NCBI GenBank assembly: GCA_964244605.1
Contig: CAXTJS010000002.1
Coordinates: 3,884 to 46,616 of the forward strand
Length of the DNA: 42,733 nucleotides
Direction: 5' to 3'
DNA from: an uncultured Terriglobus sp.
Lineage (GTDB): Bacteria; Acidobacteriota; Terriglobia; Terriglobales; Acidobacteriaceae
Shown here in pieces: positions 16,229 to 25,505 of the stretch. Position 1 is the stretch's first letter. Every line of letters begins with the position of its first letter. Both the position numbers and the translations under genes were made by a program. The notes beneath the pieces are model-generated. The model was given only the letters and a program-made list of their open reading frames with translations, made no database searches and was not told the origin of the DNA.

Positions 16229-17809
16229 CTAGCGAAGTGCGTGCCGAAGAGATGCATGCACGCTGAAGCTGCTGACAAAACTGCTGCCCAGACGTGCGCC
16301 AAGCTCTTCACCATCTGCGGACCTTTGCAAGAAGGCAGATTGCAGCGGCCCCCTGCCCTGCACGTCGCGCATCTTCGTTTCAAGCTGCACGGCCAGATCG
16401 CGCGGGAACCCTTCACTCACGAAGACCGTGTCGCCTTCGAGCGTCAGCACCACGTCGCCCTCGTCTGTCGTGAAGGTCTGGTGGTCGTCGTCGGCGCCCT
16501 TGGCCGTAACGGCGCTTAGGTGCTGGTACTTGCGGGGCAGCTGCGCCGCGTAGACGCGCAGAAATGACCGCGCCGAGTCATTGTTCTTCCAGCGGGAGAG
16601 GTACAGGAGACCGAGCGAGCCGGTGGTCGCCTTTTCCGCAGCCGTGGCGCTCTTCTTCTGCGCGGCGTAGTAGATGCCGCCGTCCCAGGCTTCGGCAAGC
16701 GGGCCGGCGATCTGCGGGCCGCCGAAGAGCTCCGCCGTCATCCGCACGTCAAGCTCTCCCATTACGCCCACGTCATAGGGTGTCCACTGCTTGTCGAGCA
16801 ACGGGTGCACGTCGGGCATGGCGAGCACGGGCACGGGTGTGCGGGCCAGGTAGTCGTCCGGGTGCAGGATCTCGTGCGAGCTTGTAGGCGGACGGTCGAG
16901 CGTACCCGCGAAGGCGGCGTCCACGCCCGCATGCACCAGAACGGACTGCTCGAAGGCAAGGCCGCTGGTGTACGGAAACAGCAGCGATTGCTGCAGGATC
17001 AGCGGCGCACGCGCGAGGATGGGCGAGCCGCTCATGTCGCCGGAGAGCTCCTGCAGGCGGCTGCCCATCTCGGGCGCATCCTTCAGCGTTTTGCCCGTGC
17101 TCTTCAGGCCGTAGTCGACAAAGGCGACCATCGCCTGGCCCTCGGTCACGGCCTGGCGCGCGGTCGAGGCTTCATCCAGCTGGATGTGCTGGTTGTCCTC
17201 GCGCTCGTTGTGGCTCATCTCCTCGGTTTCCGGATTGCCCCACTTTTCCAGGCCGACACGGTTGTCCTGCAAGGCGTGCGTGAGCTCGTGCGCAACGACG
17301 GGCTGCTGCTCCTCCGGCTTGACCCAGTCGAGCAGGTTGATGGTGCGCGTCTTCGGGTCGTAGAAGCCCGCGACCTGCTCCGTAAGCAGGCTCAGCAGGA
17401 ACGGTTTCAGGTTGAAGTCGCGGTCAAGCAGGCCGAACTTTTTCAGCACCAGTTCGGCGCGTTCCATGCGCTTCGCGCCCTCATCCTCGTTCATCTTGTC
17501 GCGCAGGATACGGCTAACCTCTTCACGCGTGTGAATGGCGCGCTTGATGGGCCTGTTGTTGGCCAGGTGCGTGTCTTTGCTGACGAACGCGAGCGTGGTG
17601 TCGATGGAGCGAAGCAGGTCGTCGGACTGCTGCTTCGTCAGGTGCGTGTCGGCACCGGTGGCTGCGGCGGCACCCTGCTGGGCGGCTTTCTGCGCGCCCT
17701 CACTGCCGGGCTTGGGCTCTGTGCCTTTGGTCTGAGCGGCTGCGCCGCAGGCTACGGCGAGGCTGAGCAGCAGAATGCGCGAGTGTGCGAAGGGGCGGCG
17801 GCAGGTCAA
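16229..17809 (-). CDS. Secreted HExxH-motif protein (putative zinc metallopeptidase)
   Basis: Signal peptide (ILLLSLAVACGAAAQ), 'AGFYDP', 'AHELTHALQD', downstream 'EGQA'; start re-called at TTG 17809 after GAGG. Confidence 0.65.
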   Translation of the reverse strand: MTCRRPFAHSRILLLSLAVACGAAAQTKGTEPKPGSEGAQKAAQQGAAAATGADTHLTKQQSDDLLRSIDTTLAFVSKDTHLANNRPIKRAIHTREEVSRILRDKMNEDEGAKRMERAELVLKKFGLLDRDFNLKPFLLSLLTEQVAGFYDPKTRTINLLDWVKPEEQQPVVAHELTHALQDNRVGLEKWGNPETEEMSHNEREDNQHIQLDEASTARQAVTEGQAMVAFVDYGLKSTGKTLKDAPEMGSRLQELSGDMSGSPILARAPLILQQSLLFPYTSGLAFEQSVLVHAGVDAAFAGTLDRPPTSSHEILHPDDYLARTPVPVLAMPDVHPLLDKQWTPYDVGVMGELDVRMTAELFGGPQIAGPLAEAWDGGIYYAAQKKSATAAEKATTGSLGLLYLSRWKNNDSARSFLRVYAAQLPRKYQHLSAVTAKGADDDHQTFTTDEGDVVLTLEGDTVFVSEGFPRDLAVQLETKMRDVQGRGPLQSAFLQRSADGEELGARLGSSFVSSFSVHASLRHALR

Positions 17810-17915
17810 GGAAACAGCCTCATCTGAAGCGTATTTGCAGCGGGAGTGCAGTGTTGGGTGCTGCATGGGTGAGACGAACAGGAGCGTATCCTCAGTGTAG
17901 AGGAGCCTCCGCGCG

Positions 17916-18926
17916 ATGGGCCTGATGGAAGAAATAGTGTCGCCGGATGTGTCCGCAGGAAGCGGACTGGATGCGCTGCGCCATGCGGCGGGATGGATGC
18001 CTCTGAACGACACAGGATGGATCGCCATCACGGGCGGCGACCGCGTGCGCTGGCTCAACGGCATGGTCACCAACTCCGTGCAGGCGCTCACGCCGGGCGA
18101 GGGTGCCTATACCTTTCTGCTGAACGCGCAGGGGCGTATCCAGGGCGACGGCACCGTGTGGTGCGAGGCGGATCGGCTTCTGCTGCAGACCGGCAAGGGC
18201 CAGGTTGAGCCCATGATGGCGCTGCTGGACCGCTTCATCATCATGGATGACGTGGAGCTGCAGGACGTGACATCGTCCATGCATGGCGTCGTTGTCGCTG
18301 GTCCTGAGGCCGTTGCTTCACTGGGCCGTGCCGGGCTCGCCGCAAAGCCCAGCCGCATGCTGAAGCGCACCAGCCTGCCCTGGCGCGATGGTCGGCTCAC
18401 CACTATCAATGCTTACAGCCCGCTCGTACCGCGGTTCGAAGTCTGGAGCTCTGACGAGGCGCTGTTCTCAGAGTTCCTGTCTGCCTTAGCCAGCGTTGCG
18501 GCCGCCGCGAAGCCCGGCGACTTCGAGTTGCTGCGGCTGCTGGAGGGTACCCCTCGCTTCGGCGTCGACATTCGCGACCGCGATCTACCGCAGGAGACGG
18601 CCCAGACGCGTGCACTGCACTTCAACAAGGGCTGCTACCTGGGCCAGGAGATCGTCGAGCGCATTCGCTCGCGCGGCCAGGTGCACCGCACCTTTACGCA
18701 GTTCCGGCTTCGCGGCGAAGCTCCGGCTGCCGGCGTGGAGCTGATTGCGGAAGGCAAGCCGGCCGGTACGCTTACCAGCGTTGCCGCGCAGCTCGTCGAC
18801 GGGGAGCGGCTCGCGCTGGGCTACGTCCGCCGCGAAGCGCTGGAGCGTGGACTGCCGCTCAGCTTTGCCGGCGGCATCGCGGAAGCCCGCTCGGCCCTTG
18901 GCGCATCCAACACGCAAAGCGACTAG
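17916..18926 (+). CDS. ygfZ: YgfZ/GcvT family folate-binding protein
   Basis: 'GGDRVRWLNGMVTN' and signature 'KGCYLGQEIVERI'. Confidence 0.9.
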   Translation: MGLMEEIVSPDVSAGSGLDALRHAAGWMPLNDTGWIAITGGDRVRWLNGMVTNSVQALTPGEGAYTFLLNAQGRIQGDGTVWCEADRLLLQTGKGQVEPMMALLDRFIIMDDVELQDVTSSMHGVVVAGPEAVASLGRAGLAAKPSRMLKRTSLPWRDGRLTTINAYSPLVPRFEVWSSDEALFSEFLSALASVAAAAKPGDFELLRLLEGTPRFGVDIRDRDLPQETAQTRALHFNKGCYLGQEIVERIRSRGQVHRTFTQFRLRGEAPAAGVELIAEGKPAGTLTSVAAQLVDGERLALGYVRREALERGLPLSFAGGIAEARSALGASNTQSD

Positions 18927-18937
18927 AACGGAGAACC

Positions 18938-19702
18938 ATGTCCGAGCAGGATAAGCCCTTTGTTGTAAACGACCGCCGCAAGTTCCGCATGGACGGTGAG
19001 TTGCGCGAGCCCGCCCAGGAGAAGCCTGCAGAGGCACCCGCGCCCGTAGCGGAGACCACCGGCAAGGTGCTCACCTTCGACGACGCCCCTGCGCACCGGG
19101 AGCACGCACACTACGAGACCGCCGCCCCACAGACCCACAGCACTGTACCGATCCCGATCAACTCCGCCCATACGGTGACGCCGGTTCCCGAGCCTGACGA
19201 GAACGCCCCAGCGGCTGCGACTACTTCCGCCGAGCAAGCTGCCGATGAGAATCTGCCACCACCGCCGACCGCGGAAGAAGTCGCACAGGTAAAGCTTGCC
19301 TACGAGGCCACGGCCGAACGGCTGGACACGATGATGCGTGCAACGAACCCTGGTGGCGAGCACCTGCCCCCGATGGATTTCACGCGCATGGTGCAATCGA
19401 TCTACATGAGCGCGATGATGCAGCTTGGCGCGGGCACGCCGCAGGGCGAGCAGGCGCGCGTGGACCTGCTAGGCGCGAAGCAGAGCATCGATATGCTTGC
19501 CGTCATCGAGATGAAGTCAGAGCCGGGTCTCGAAGCGACGGAGAAGAGGCTGATCGAGTCTGCACTCTTTGAACTGCGTATGGGCTTCCTCGAGTTCACG
19601 CAGATGCTTGCGCGGCAGGCTGCGGCCAAGCAGGGTGCGCCGGGTGGTGCTTCGCCCTTTGGCGGTCCGGCGGCACCGGGCGGCCCCCGCATTGTCACGT
19701 AA
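18938..19702 (+). CDS. DUF1844 domain-containing protein
   Basis: 'FVVNDRRKF' N-terminus, 'AMMQLG...VDLLGAKQSIDML...L..ALFELRMGF'; SD GGAG. Confidence 0.75.
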   Translation: MSEQDKPFVVNDRRKFRMDGELREPAQEKPAEAPAPVAETTGKVLTFDDAPAHREHAHYETAAPQTHSTVPIPINSAHTVTPVPEPDENAPAAATTSAEQAADENLPPPPTAEEVAQVKLAYEATAERLDTMMRATNPGGEHLPPMDFTRMVQSIYMSAMMQLGAGTPQGEQARVDLLGAKQSIDMLAVIEMKSEPGLEATEKRLIESALFELRMGFLEFTQMLARQAAAKQGAPGGASPFGGPAAPGGPRIVT

Positions 19703-19713
19703 GGGCCACGCCG

Positions 19714-20526
19714 ATCCCGAACGAAACACAAAGTAGTCACACCAGAGCTACCCTCACCTTTTTGGGTACGGGTACAAGCATGGGCGTGCCCACGCTTGGT
19801 TGCGACTGCGGCGTGTGCCGCTCCACTGACCCGCGGAATACCCGCACCCGCTCGTCCGTGGCACTGCGCTACAACGGACGCGTGGTGCTGATCGATACCG
19901 GGCCGGACTTTCGCAGCCAGATGTTGCGCGAGGGAATCAAACGCGTCGACGCGGTGCTCTACACGCACGGCCACGCTGATCACGTGCTCGGCTTTGACGA
20001 CCTGCGGCCGCTGACCTTCGGCAAGTCGGAGCACACGCCGCTGTATGCGGACGACGCTACGGCGGACATCATCGAGCGCATCTTCGAGTACACCTTTCGC
20101 AAGCAGGACCGCTACCCGACGAGCGCGCGTGTGGATCTGCACCGGTTGAGCACGGAGCCTGGCACGAAGCTGCAGGTCTTCGGCGCAGAGTTTGAGCGCA
20201 TCCCCGTGACGCACGGGCGCAACACCATCGCGGGCTACCGCTTCGGTAGCGCGGCCTACCTTACCGACATGAGCGATATTCCCGAGGCGAGCTTCGCATC
20301 CCTGCGCGAGCTCGACGTGCTGGTGCTGGATGCACTCCGCCGCGAGCCGCACCCAAGCCACTCGCACCTGGACAACAGCGTGCGGTTGGCGCAGCAGATC
20401 GGGGCAAAGCGCACCTTTTTCACGCACATCTCGCATGACCTGGACCAGGAACTGACCGACGCTGCTTTGCCCGATAACATTCGGCTCGCGTACGACGGCC
20501 TGACGCTGGAGTTTGCGATCGCATGA
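19714..20526 (+). CDS. MBL-fold metallo-hydrolase (PhnP-like phosphodiesterase); start uncertain
   Basis: 'TLTFLGTGTSMGVP..GCDCGVC', 'IDTGPDFRSQ', 'THGHADHVLGFDDLR', 'THISH'. The first canonical start (TTG 19762) lies inside the conserved first strand. Confidence 0.85.
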   Translation: MPNETQSSHTRATLTFLGTGTSMGVPTLGCDCGVCRSTDPRNTRTRSSVALRYNGRVVLIDTGPDFRSQMLREGIKRVDAVLYTHGHADHVLGFDDLRPLTFGKSEHTPLYADDATADIIERIFEYTFRKQDRYPTSARVDLHRLSTEPGTKLQVFGAEFERIPVTHGRNTIAGYRFGSAAYLTDMSDIPEASFASLRELDVLVLDALRREPHPSHSHLDNSVRLAQQIGAKRTFFTHISHDLDQELTDAALPDNIRLAYDGLTLEFAIA

Positions 20527-21509
20527 GTACCCGTGAAGCATGCATCGTCTACCGCTCGCTTGAAGCCGTACCCGCGGACTTCGGGCCGAGCATCGTCACC
20601 GTCGGCAACTTCGATGGCGTGCACTGCGGGCATCAGTCTGTCATTGACATCGTGGTGCGCCGTGCACGTGCGCTAGGTACCAAGGCTGTGCTGGTTACGC
20701 TCGACCCGCATCCATCACACGTGCTGCGGCCCGACCAGGCACCGAAGCTGATTACGCCTCTTGAAGCGAAGTTGGACCTGCTCTTCGGCACCGGCCTGGA
20801 TGCAGTGCTGGTGCTGCCCTTCAACGACGATGTACGGCGCATGACAGCGCGGCAGTTTGCCTCCGTGGTGCTGCGTGACCGCCTGCACGCGCTTGAGGTG
20901 CACGAGGGTGAAAATTTCCGTTTCGGCTACCAGGCCGAAGCCGGCATGGACGGCCTCGTGACGCTTGGGCGCGAACTCGGCTTTGCCGTGGAGACCTACC
21001 GGCCCATCGACATCGACCGCGGCATCGTGTCCTCAAGCCGCATCCGCACCGCCATCGCCGCAGGCGACATGAAGACCGCGCGGCATCTGCTTGGCCGCCC
21101 CTTCTCCGTAGACAGCACGCCCGCTCGCGGCCGCGGCTACGGGACGCAGTACGCCGTCCCGACCGTCAATCTTGCCGCGTACAGCGGCCTGCTGCCCGCC
21201 AACGGTGTGTACGTAACGGAGCTACGCATCGGCGATGGCGCGTCGGCAGAGCGCTTCGATGCGGTCACGAACGTCGGCAACCGGCCCACCTTCGGTGAAG
21301 ATTCGTTTGCAGTGGAAAGCTATCTGCTTCGCTTCCATCCCGTGTCACTGAGCGAGGAGACGCCGCTGCGCCTCACCTTCTTCAAGCGGCTGCGCGAGGA
21401 GCGCAAGTGGCCGTCCCCCGAAGCGCTGAAAGCGCAGATTGGGCTGGATGTGGAGCGTGCGGAGCGGTGGTTCCGTCTACGTTCGGCTCTGAAGCCTCAG
21501 ACCATCTAG
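20523..21509 (+). CDS. ribF: Bifunctional riboflavin kinase / FAD synthetase
   Basis: 'VGNFDGVHCGHQ', 'GENFRFG', 'VSSSRIR', 'PTVNL', 'NVGNRPTF', 'VESYL', 'LREERK'. Confidence 0.95.
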   Translation: MSTREACIVYRSLEAVPADFGPSIVTVGNFDGVHCGHQSVIDIVVRRARALGTKAVLVTLDPHPSHVLRPDQAPKLITPLEAKLDLLFGTGLDAVLVLPFNDDVRRMTARQFASVVLRDRLHALEVHEGENFRFGYQAEAGMDGLVTLGRELGFAVETYRPIDIDRGIVSSSRIRTAIAAGDMKTARHLLGRPFSVDSTPARGRGYGTQYAVPTVNLAAYSGLLPANGVYVTELRIGDGASAERFDAVTNVGNRPTFGEDSFAVESYLLRFHPVSLSEETPLRLTFFKRLREERKWPSPEALKAQIGLDVERAERWFRLRSALKPQTI

Positions 21510-21573
21510 CGCGAAGAAAACGTTCGCAAGCTTGCGCAGCATGACCTCCTCCCGGCCAGCGTCTTGAGAGTTC

Positions 21574-21685
21574 TGAGTTAAGCCGGCAGGGAAAGCTGAA
21601 GCCGATCCTGCTGCAATGCTTAATGCTAAGCTAGTCGCACTAGCGTTAAGCATAGGACCATACGTGGTCCTGCCAGGCTTACTCA
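21574..21685 (+). promoter_or_regulatory. Multi-stem structured intergenic element upstream of a TonB-dependent receptor (candidate cis-regulatory RNA or operator)
   Basis: Nested IRs: TGAGTTAAGCC/GGCTTACTCA; ATGCTTAATGCTA/TAGCGTTAAGCAT; AGGACCA-tacg-TGGTCCT; GGCAGG can pair with either CCTGCT or CCTGCC. Confidence 0.4.
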
Positions 21686-21761
21686 CCTGACTTGCGCAGA
21701 TGGCTCACGGGACTGAGCACTTCCAGAAGGTGGCATGGCCACCAAGAAATGAGATTCGACC

Positions 21762-24700
21762 TTGCCTTCACTTCATCCTCTCAGGCTGCTGCGCCTCGCC
21801 GTAGTCACTTCGTCTCTGCTTGGCTTGAACGTCGGCATGGTGTCAGCCCAGTCTGCCGCGAACAGCGGTGCCATTGTGGGCAAGGTGGAGGATGCAAGCT
21901 CAGCCTCGCTGCCCAATGCCACGGTGGTGTTGCGCAATCGTGACACCAATCTGAGCCGGACCGTGACCGCCGACAGCAGCGGACGGTTTGCGGCTCTCGA
22001 TCTGCCGCTGGGACCGTACGAGGTTCGTGCCAATGCGAAAGACTTCGAACCTGCGATGCAGGAGGTGTTTGTCACCCTGGGCAGCGTGGTCTCCGCTCCA
22101 TTTCGGCTTTCGATTGCCGCGCAGGCGCAAAGCGTCAATGTATATGCGCAGGATCCAGGCCTCGAGCCGAACCGCTCGTATCCGCGCACGATCCTTACCG
22201 AGATGCAGATTCGCGAGCTGCCCTCAAACGGCAGACGGCTGCAGAACAACCTCGTCGAAACGCCAACCACGCTGATTGAGCCGGAGTGCCGCGGCTTTTC
22301 CATCTCCGGTCAGAAGGGCATCTACGCGAACGTCAGCATCGATGGCGCCGACTACAACAGCACGTGGGGCTGCGGCATTCGAGGACGCTCCGAGTCTGCC
22401 CCCAGCTTCAGTCTGGAGTCGATCCAGGAGCTGCAGGTCGTGCGCAACACCTTCTCGGCGGAGTTTGGCCGGTCAACGGGTGGCGAGATCAACCTCTCCA
22501 CCAAGTCTGGAACGAATGCGTTGCATGGCTCGGCTTTCGATCTGGAACGCAATGGCGCTCTCTCCATCACCGATGCGTTTGGAAGGCCTTCGGTCTCGAA
22601 CATCCAGCAGTTTGGCGGATCGATTGGCGGTCCGGTCGCGAAGAACCGGACATTCTTCTTCTCGTCGCCGGAGTTCCAGTTCGGTAGCAAGCCGGTGCAG
22701 GTGATCTACTCCACGCTGGATAGCCAGAATGTGCGCAACACGCCCGGTGCACAGGCGCTGCTGGGCGTCGCGCCCGAGGGCCAGATACAGGCGATCAGTA
22801 ACTCACAGGCGGTCGTGAATCGCATCGATCATCGCCTGTCTGACACGCACAGTCTCCTCTTTCGCTTTGACTTTACGCATAACGTGCAGATCAACAGTCC
22901 CGGCGCGACCAGCCTCTCCACTGGACTTGGTGTCGCACCCATCACGGGATCGACGACCAACATTGCGCTTACCTCACAGTTTGTTCTACCGGACACAAAT
23001 TACACGGTGCTCGGTCAACTGACCTCGACGCCTTCCAGCCGCTACATCAATGAGCTGCGCTTTCAGTTTGCCCGCGAGTTGCGTCCTCGCAGCACGCAGG
23101 GCGCTGGCCCGCAGGTCACCGTGCAGAGCGCCGGCGCAACGGTGGCGCAGTACGGTCCACCCGCGGCGCTCTCAAGCTTCGGCAGCCTGACCTATGCCTC
23201 TACAGACAATCGCTACCAGGCAGTGGATAACTTCTCAATTGTGTCAGGCGCGCATACCACCAAGCTTGGCGTCGATTACACCCATGTGGCCGGCGGCCTG
23301 CTCTTCAACGGCGGCAACAACGGGCTGTATCTCTTTCCGAGCTTGTCCACGTATCTCTCGCGCACACCATCGCAGTATCAGCAGTTCACCGGGACCGGCT
23401 CACTGAACCTTGCCATGGACCAGTTCGCTGTATACGTGCAGCATGACTGGCGCCTGCGACACGGCGTAACGCTGAACGGTGGGTTGCGTTACGACGCGGA
23501 ACTCAATCCGGATTACCTGCCGGCAACCGCTCCATCGCGCCGGTATCCGCTCGCCACTTCGATCCCAAATGACGTGACGATGTTTGCGCCACGCGCGGGT
23601 GTGGCGTGGGATCCGCGGAACGACGGCAAGACCGTCATTCGCGCGGGCGGCGGCATGTTCTACGCGCCCACCTTCATGAGTCTGTTCGCGCAATCGATCC
23701 TGTTTAACGGCGGCAATCCTGAGTCCGCTTACACCGTGAACGTGACGAATCCCACGACACTGTCGAATGCTTTTCAGGCGGTTGGCATCAACCTGGCGAC
23801 GGCCCCGTTGAACAACCTGCCGGTGTTCACACCGGCACAGGCCGCGGCATCGCTGCCGGTCAGCAGCAACAATGTCATCTACATGGATCCGGGCTTTCGC
23901 AATCCGGAGGCATCGCAGTTGCAAGCGGGTATCGAGCGCGAGCTTGGCCGGGGCATGACGCTTTCCGCGAGCTTCAGCTACATCAACACGGTAAACATTG
24001 CACGGCAGCGCGACACCAATCTGGGTGCGCCCGTCACGGATGCGACAGGCCGGCAGATCTTCTCAAGCCCACGGCCACGCGCTGGTTTCGGCGTGGGACA
24101 GGTTACCGCGTCAGAGGCCCGCGAGCTGTACCGCGGCCTGACCACGGCCTTTACGCTGCGCCGCAGGCGTTATAACTTCAACGCGTATTACACCTTCTCG
24201 CATAACTACTCGAGCGACGACTCAGAGCGCGGCATCAGCAGCATCCGGTATGACAATGTGCTGAAGCTTGGCAATGAGTACTCCCCCTCAAGTATCGATC
24301 AACGCCACCAGTTCCTGATCGACAGCGTCGTCACCCTGCCCTACCACTTCGAGATGGGCGGCACGACTCGTCTGATCTCCGGCCTACCCTTCACCGCGAT
24401 CGCCGGCACCGACCTGAATAAGGATCAGCAGAATACTGACCGGCCCATCGTGAACGGCAACGTGCTGCAGCGCAACACGTTCCGCAATCTCGGCTTCAAG
24501 GATGTCAGTCTGCGGCTGCAGCGAAACTTCACGATGCCGCGTGAGCGCGGTACGCTGGCGTTCTCTGCCGAGTTCTTCAACGCCTTCAACTTCGCCAACG
24601 TGCAGATTGGCGCAAGCAACATGGCGTACGGTCCGGGCACGGTAGTTGTGGGCGGCGTTGCCACGCCGCAGGCTGCACCTGCCACCTTTAACCAGCTTCG

Positions 24701-24782
24701 TGACAGCAACGGCAACTACCTGCAGAGCAACACGGCGGGCGATGCCTTTCAGGCCCAGCTGGGCGCGCGGTACCGGTTCTAA
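21762..24782 (+). CDS. TonB-dependent receptor (Oar-like, N-terminal carboxypeptidase-regulatory-like domain)
   Basis: Signal peptide, 'GAIVGKVEDASSASLPNATV', plug 'ELPSNGR...SIDGAD...SAEFGRSTGG..NLSTKSGTN', 'FAPRAGVAWD', C-terminal 'LGARYRF'. Confidence 0.92.
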   Translation: MPSLHPLRLLRLAVVTSSLLGLNVGMVSAQSAANSGAIVGKVEDASSASLPNATVVLRNRDTNLSRTVTADSSGRFAALDLPLGPYEVRANAKDFEPAMQEVFVTLGSVVSAPFRLSIAAQAQSVNVYAQDPGLEPNRSYPRTILTEMQIRELPSNGRRLQNNLVETPTTLIEPECRGFSISGQKGIYANVSIDGADYNSTWGCGIRGRSESAPSFSLESIQELQVVRNTFSAEFGRSTGGEINLSTKSGTNALHGSAFDLERNGALSITDAFGRPSVSNIQQFGGSIGGPVAKNRTFFFSSPEFQFGSKPVQVIYSTLDSQNVRNTPGAQALLGVAPEGQIQAISNSQAVVNRIDHRLSDTHSLLFRFDFTHNVQINSPGATSLSTGLGVAPITGSTTNIALTSQFVLPDTNYTVLGQLTSTPSSRYINELRFQFARELRPRSTQGAGPQVTVQSAGATVAQYGPPAALSSFGSLTYASTDNRYQAVDNFSIVSGAHTTKLGVDYTHVAGGLLFNGGNNGLYLFPSLSTYLSRTPSQYQQFTGTGSLNLAMDQFAVYVQHDWRLRHGVTLNGGLRYDAELNPDYLPATAPSRRYPLATSIPNDVTMFAPRAGVAWDPRNDGKTVIRAGGGMFYAPTFMSLFAQSILFNGGNPESAYTVNVTNPTTLSNAFQAVGINLATAPLNNLPVFTPAQAAASLPVSSNNVIYMDPGFRNPEASQLQAGIERELGRGMTLSASFSYINTVNIARQRDTNLGAPVTDATGRQIFSSPRPRAGFGVGQVTASEARELYRGLTTAFTLRRRRYNFNAYYTFSHNYSSDDSERGISSIRYDNVLKLGNEYSPSSIDQRHQFLIDSVVTLPYHFEMGGTTRLISGLPFTAIAGTDLNKDQQNTDRPIVNGNVLQRNTFRNLGFKDVSLRLQRNFTMPRERGTLAFSAEFFNAFNFANVQIGASNMAYGPGTVVVGGVATPQAAPATFNQLRDSNGNYLQSNTAGDAFQAQLGARYRF

Positions 24783-25499
24783 ATGAAGCGTCTTGTTACC
24801 ACGATGGTTCTATCGTTGCTCGCCGGAGCATCAGTTCCCCCGGCCGGTAACGCGTGGCGCACGTCCGTCTCCGAGGCCAGTCTCGAAGCCAGAAAAAGCG
24901 GCAAGATGCTCTTCGTTGATTTTCGTGCGGACTGGTGCACTCCTTGCAAAGTCATGGACGCCAAGGTCTACACACCGTCGACCTTGGCGGACATCGCGAC
25001 TCGCGCCTTGCCAGTGCAGATCGACGTGCAGAAGCAAGAGGCTCAGGCGCGTCGCTACGGGGTGAAGACGCTGCCAACGATCGTCGTGACAGACTCTTGG
25101 GGTGGCGAGATCTTTCGCCACACCGGCACTCTCAATACAGAGACCGTGCATGCCATGCTGGAGGCGCTGCCTAAAGACACGGCAGACCTGAACCAGCAGG
25201 AGGCAGTCCTGGCATGGAATAAGAACGATGCGCGGGCGCTCACAGCGATGGGTCGGCTGCTTCGCGAGAAGCAGCTTTTTACAGCCAGCCGCACCTACTA
25301 CCTACGCGCGCTGCAGCATACAGACACGACGCAACAGGAAGATGTTCTAAACGGTCTGGCGCTCGACAGCATGGAGCTGCGCGACCTTTCCGAAGCTGCG
25401 AAATGGTTGAAGCGCTGCCTCAAGCAGTTCCCGGCCAGCACTCATCATGAGGAGTGGACGGTCGCCCTGAAACGCGTCCAGCTACTCCCTCCGTCCTGA
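24783..25499 (+). CDS. Secreted thioredoxin-fold protein with C-terminal TPR-like helices
   Basis: Signal peptide, 'LFVDFRADWCTPCKVM', cis-Pro loop 'YGVKTLPTIV'; starts immediately after the receptor stop. Confidence 0.85.
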   Translation: MKRLVTTMVLSLLAGASVPPAGNAWRTSVSEASLEARKSGKMLFVDFRADWCTPCKVMDAKVYTPSTLADIATRALPVQIDVQKQEAQARRYGVKTLPTIVVTDSWGGEIFRHTGTLNTETVHAMLEALPKDTADLNQQEAVLAWNKNDARALTAMGRLLREKQLFTASRTYYLRALQHTDTTQQEDVLNGLALDSMELRDLSEAAKWLKRCLKQFPASTHHEEWTVALKRVQLLPPS

Positions 25500-25505
25500 G
25501 TGGTG

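Noticed and set aside
21585-21675. Possible tRNA or known riboswitch (ends in GCCA; AGGGAA resembles a cobalamin element; four-way junction resembles NiCo)
   Set aside because: No TTC T-loop or proper cloverleaf, no B12-box or NiCo junction consensus that I can match; kept only as an unclassified structured element.
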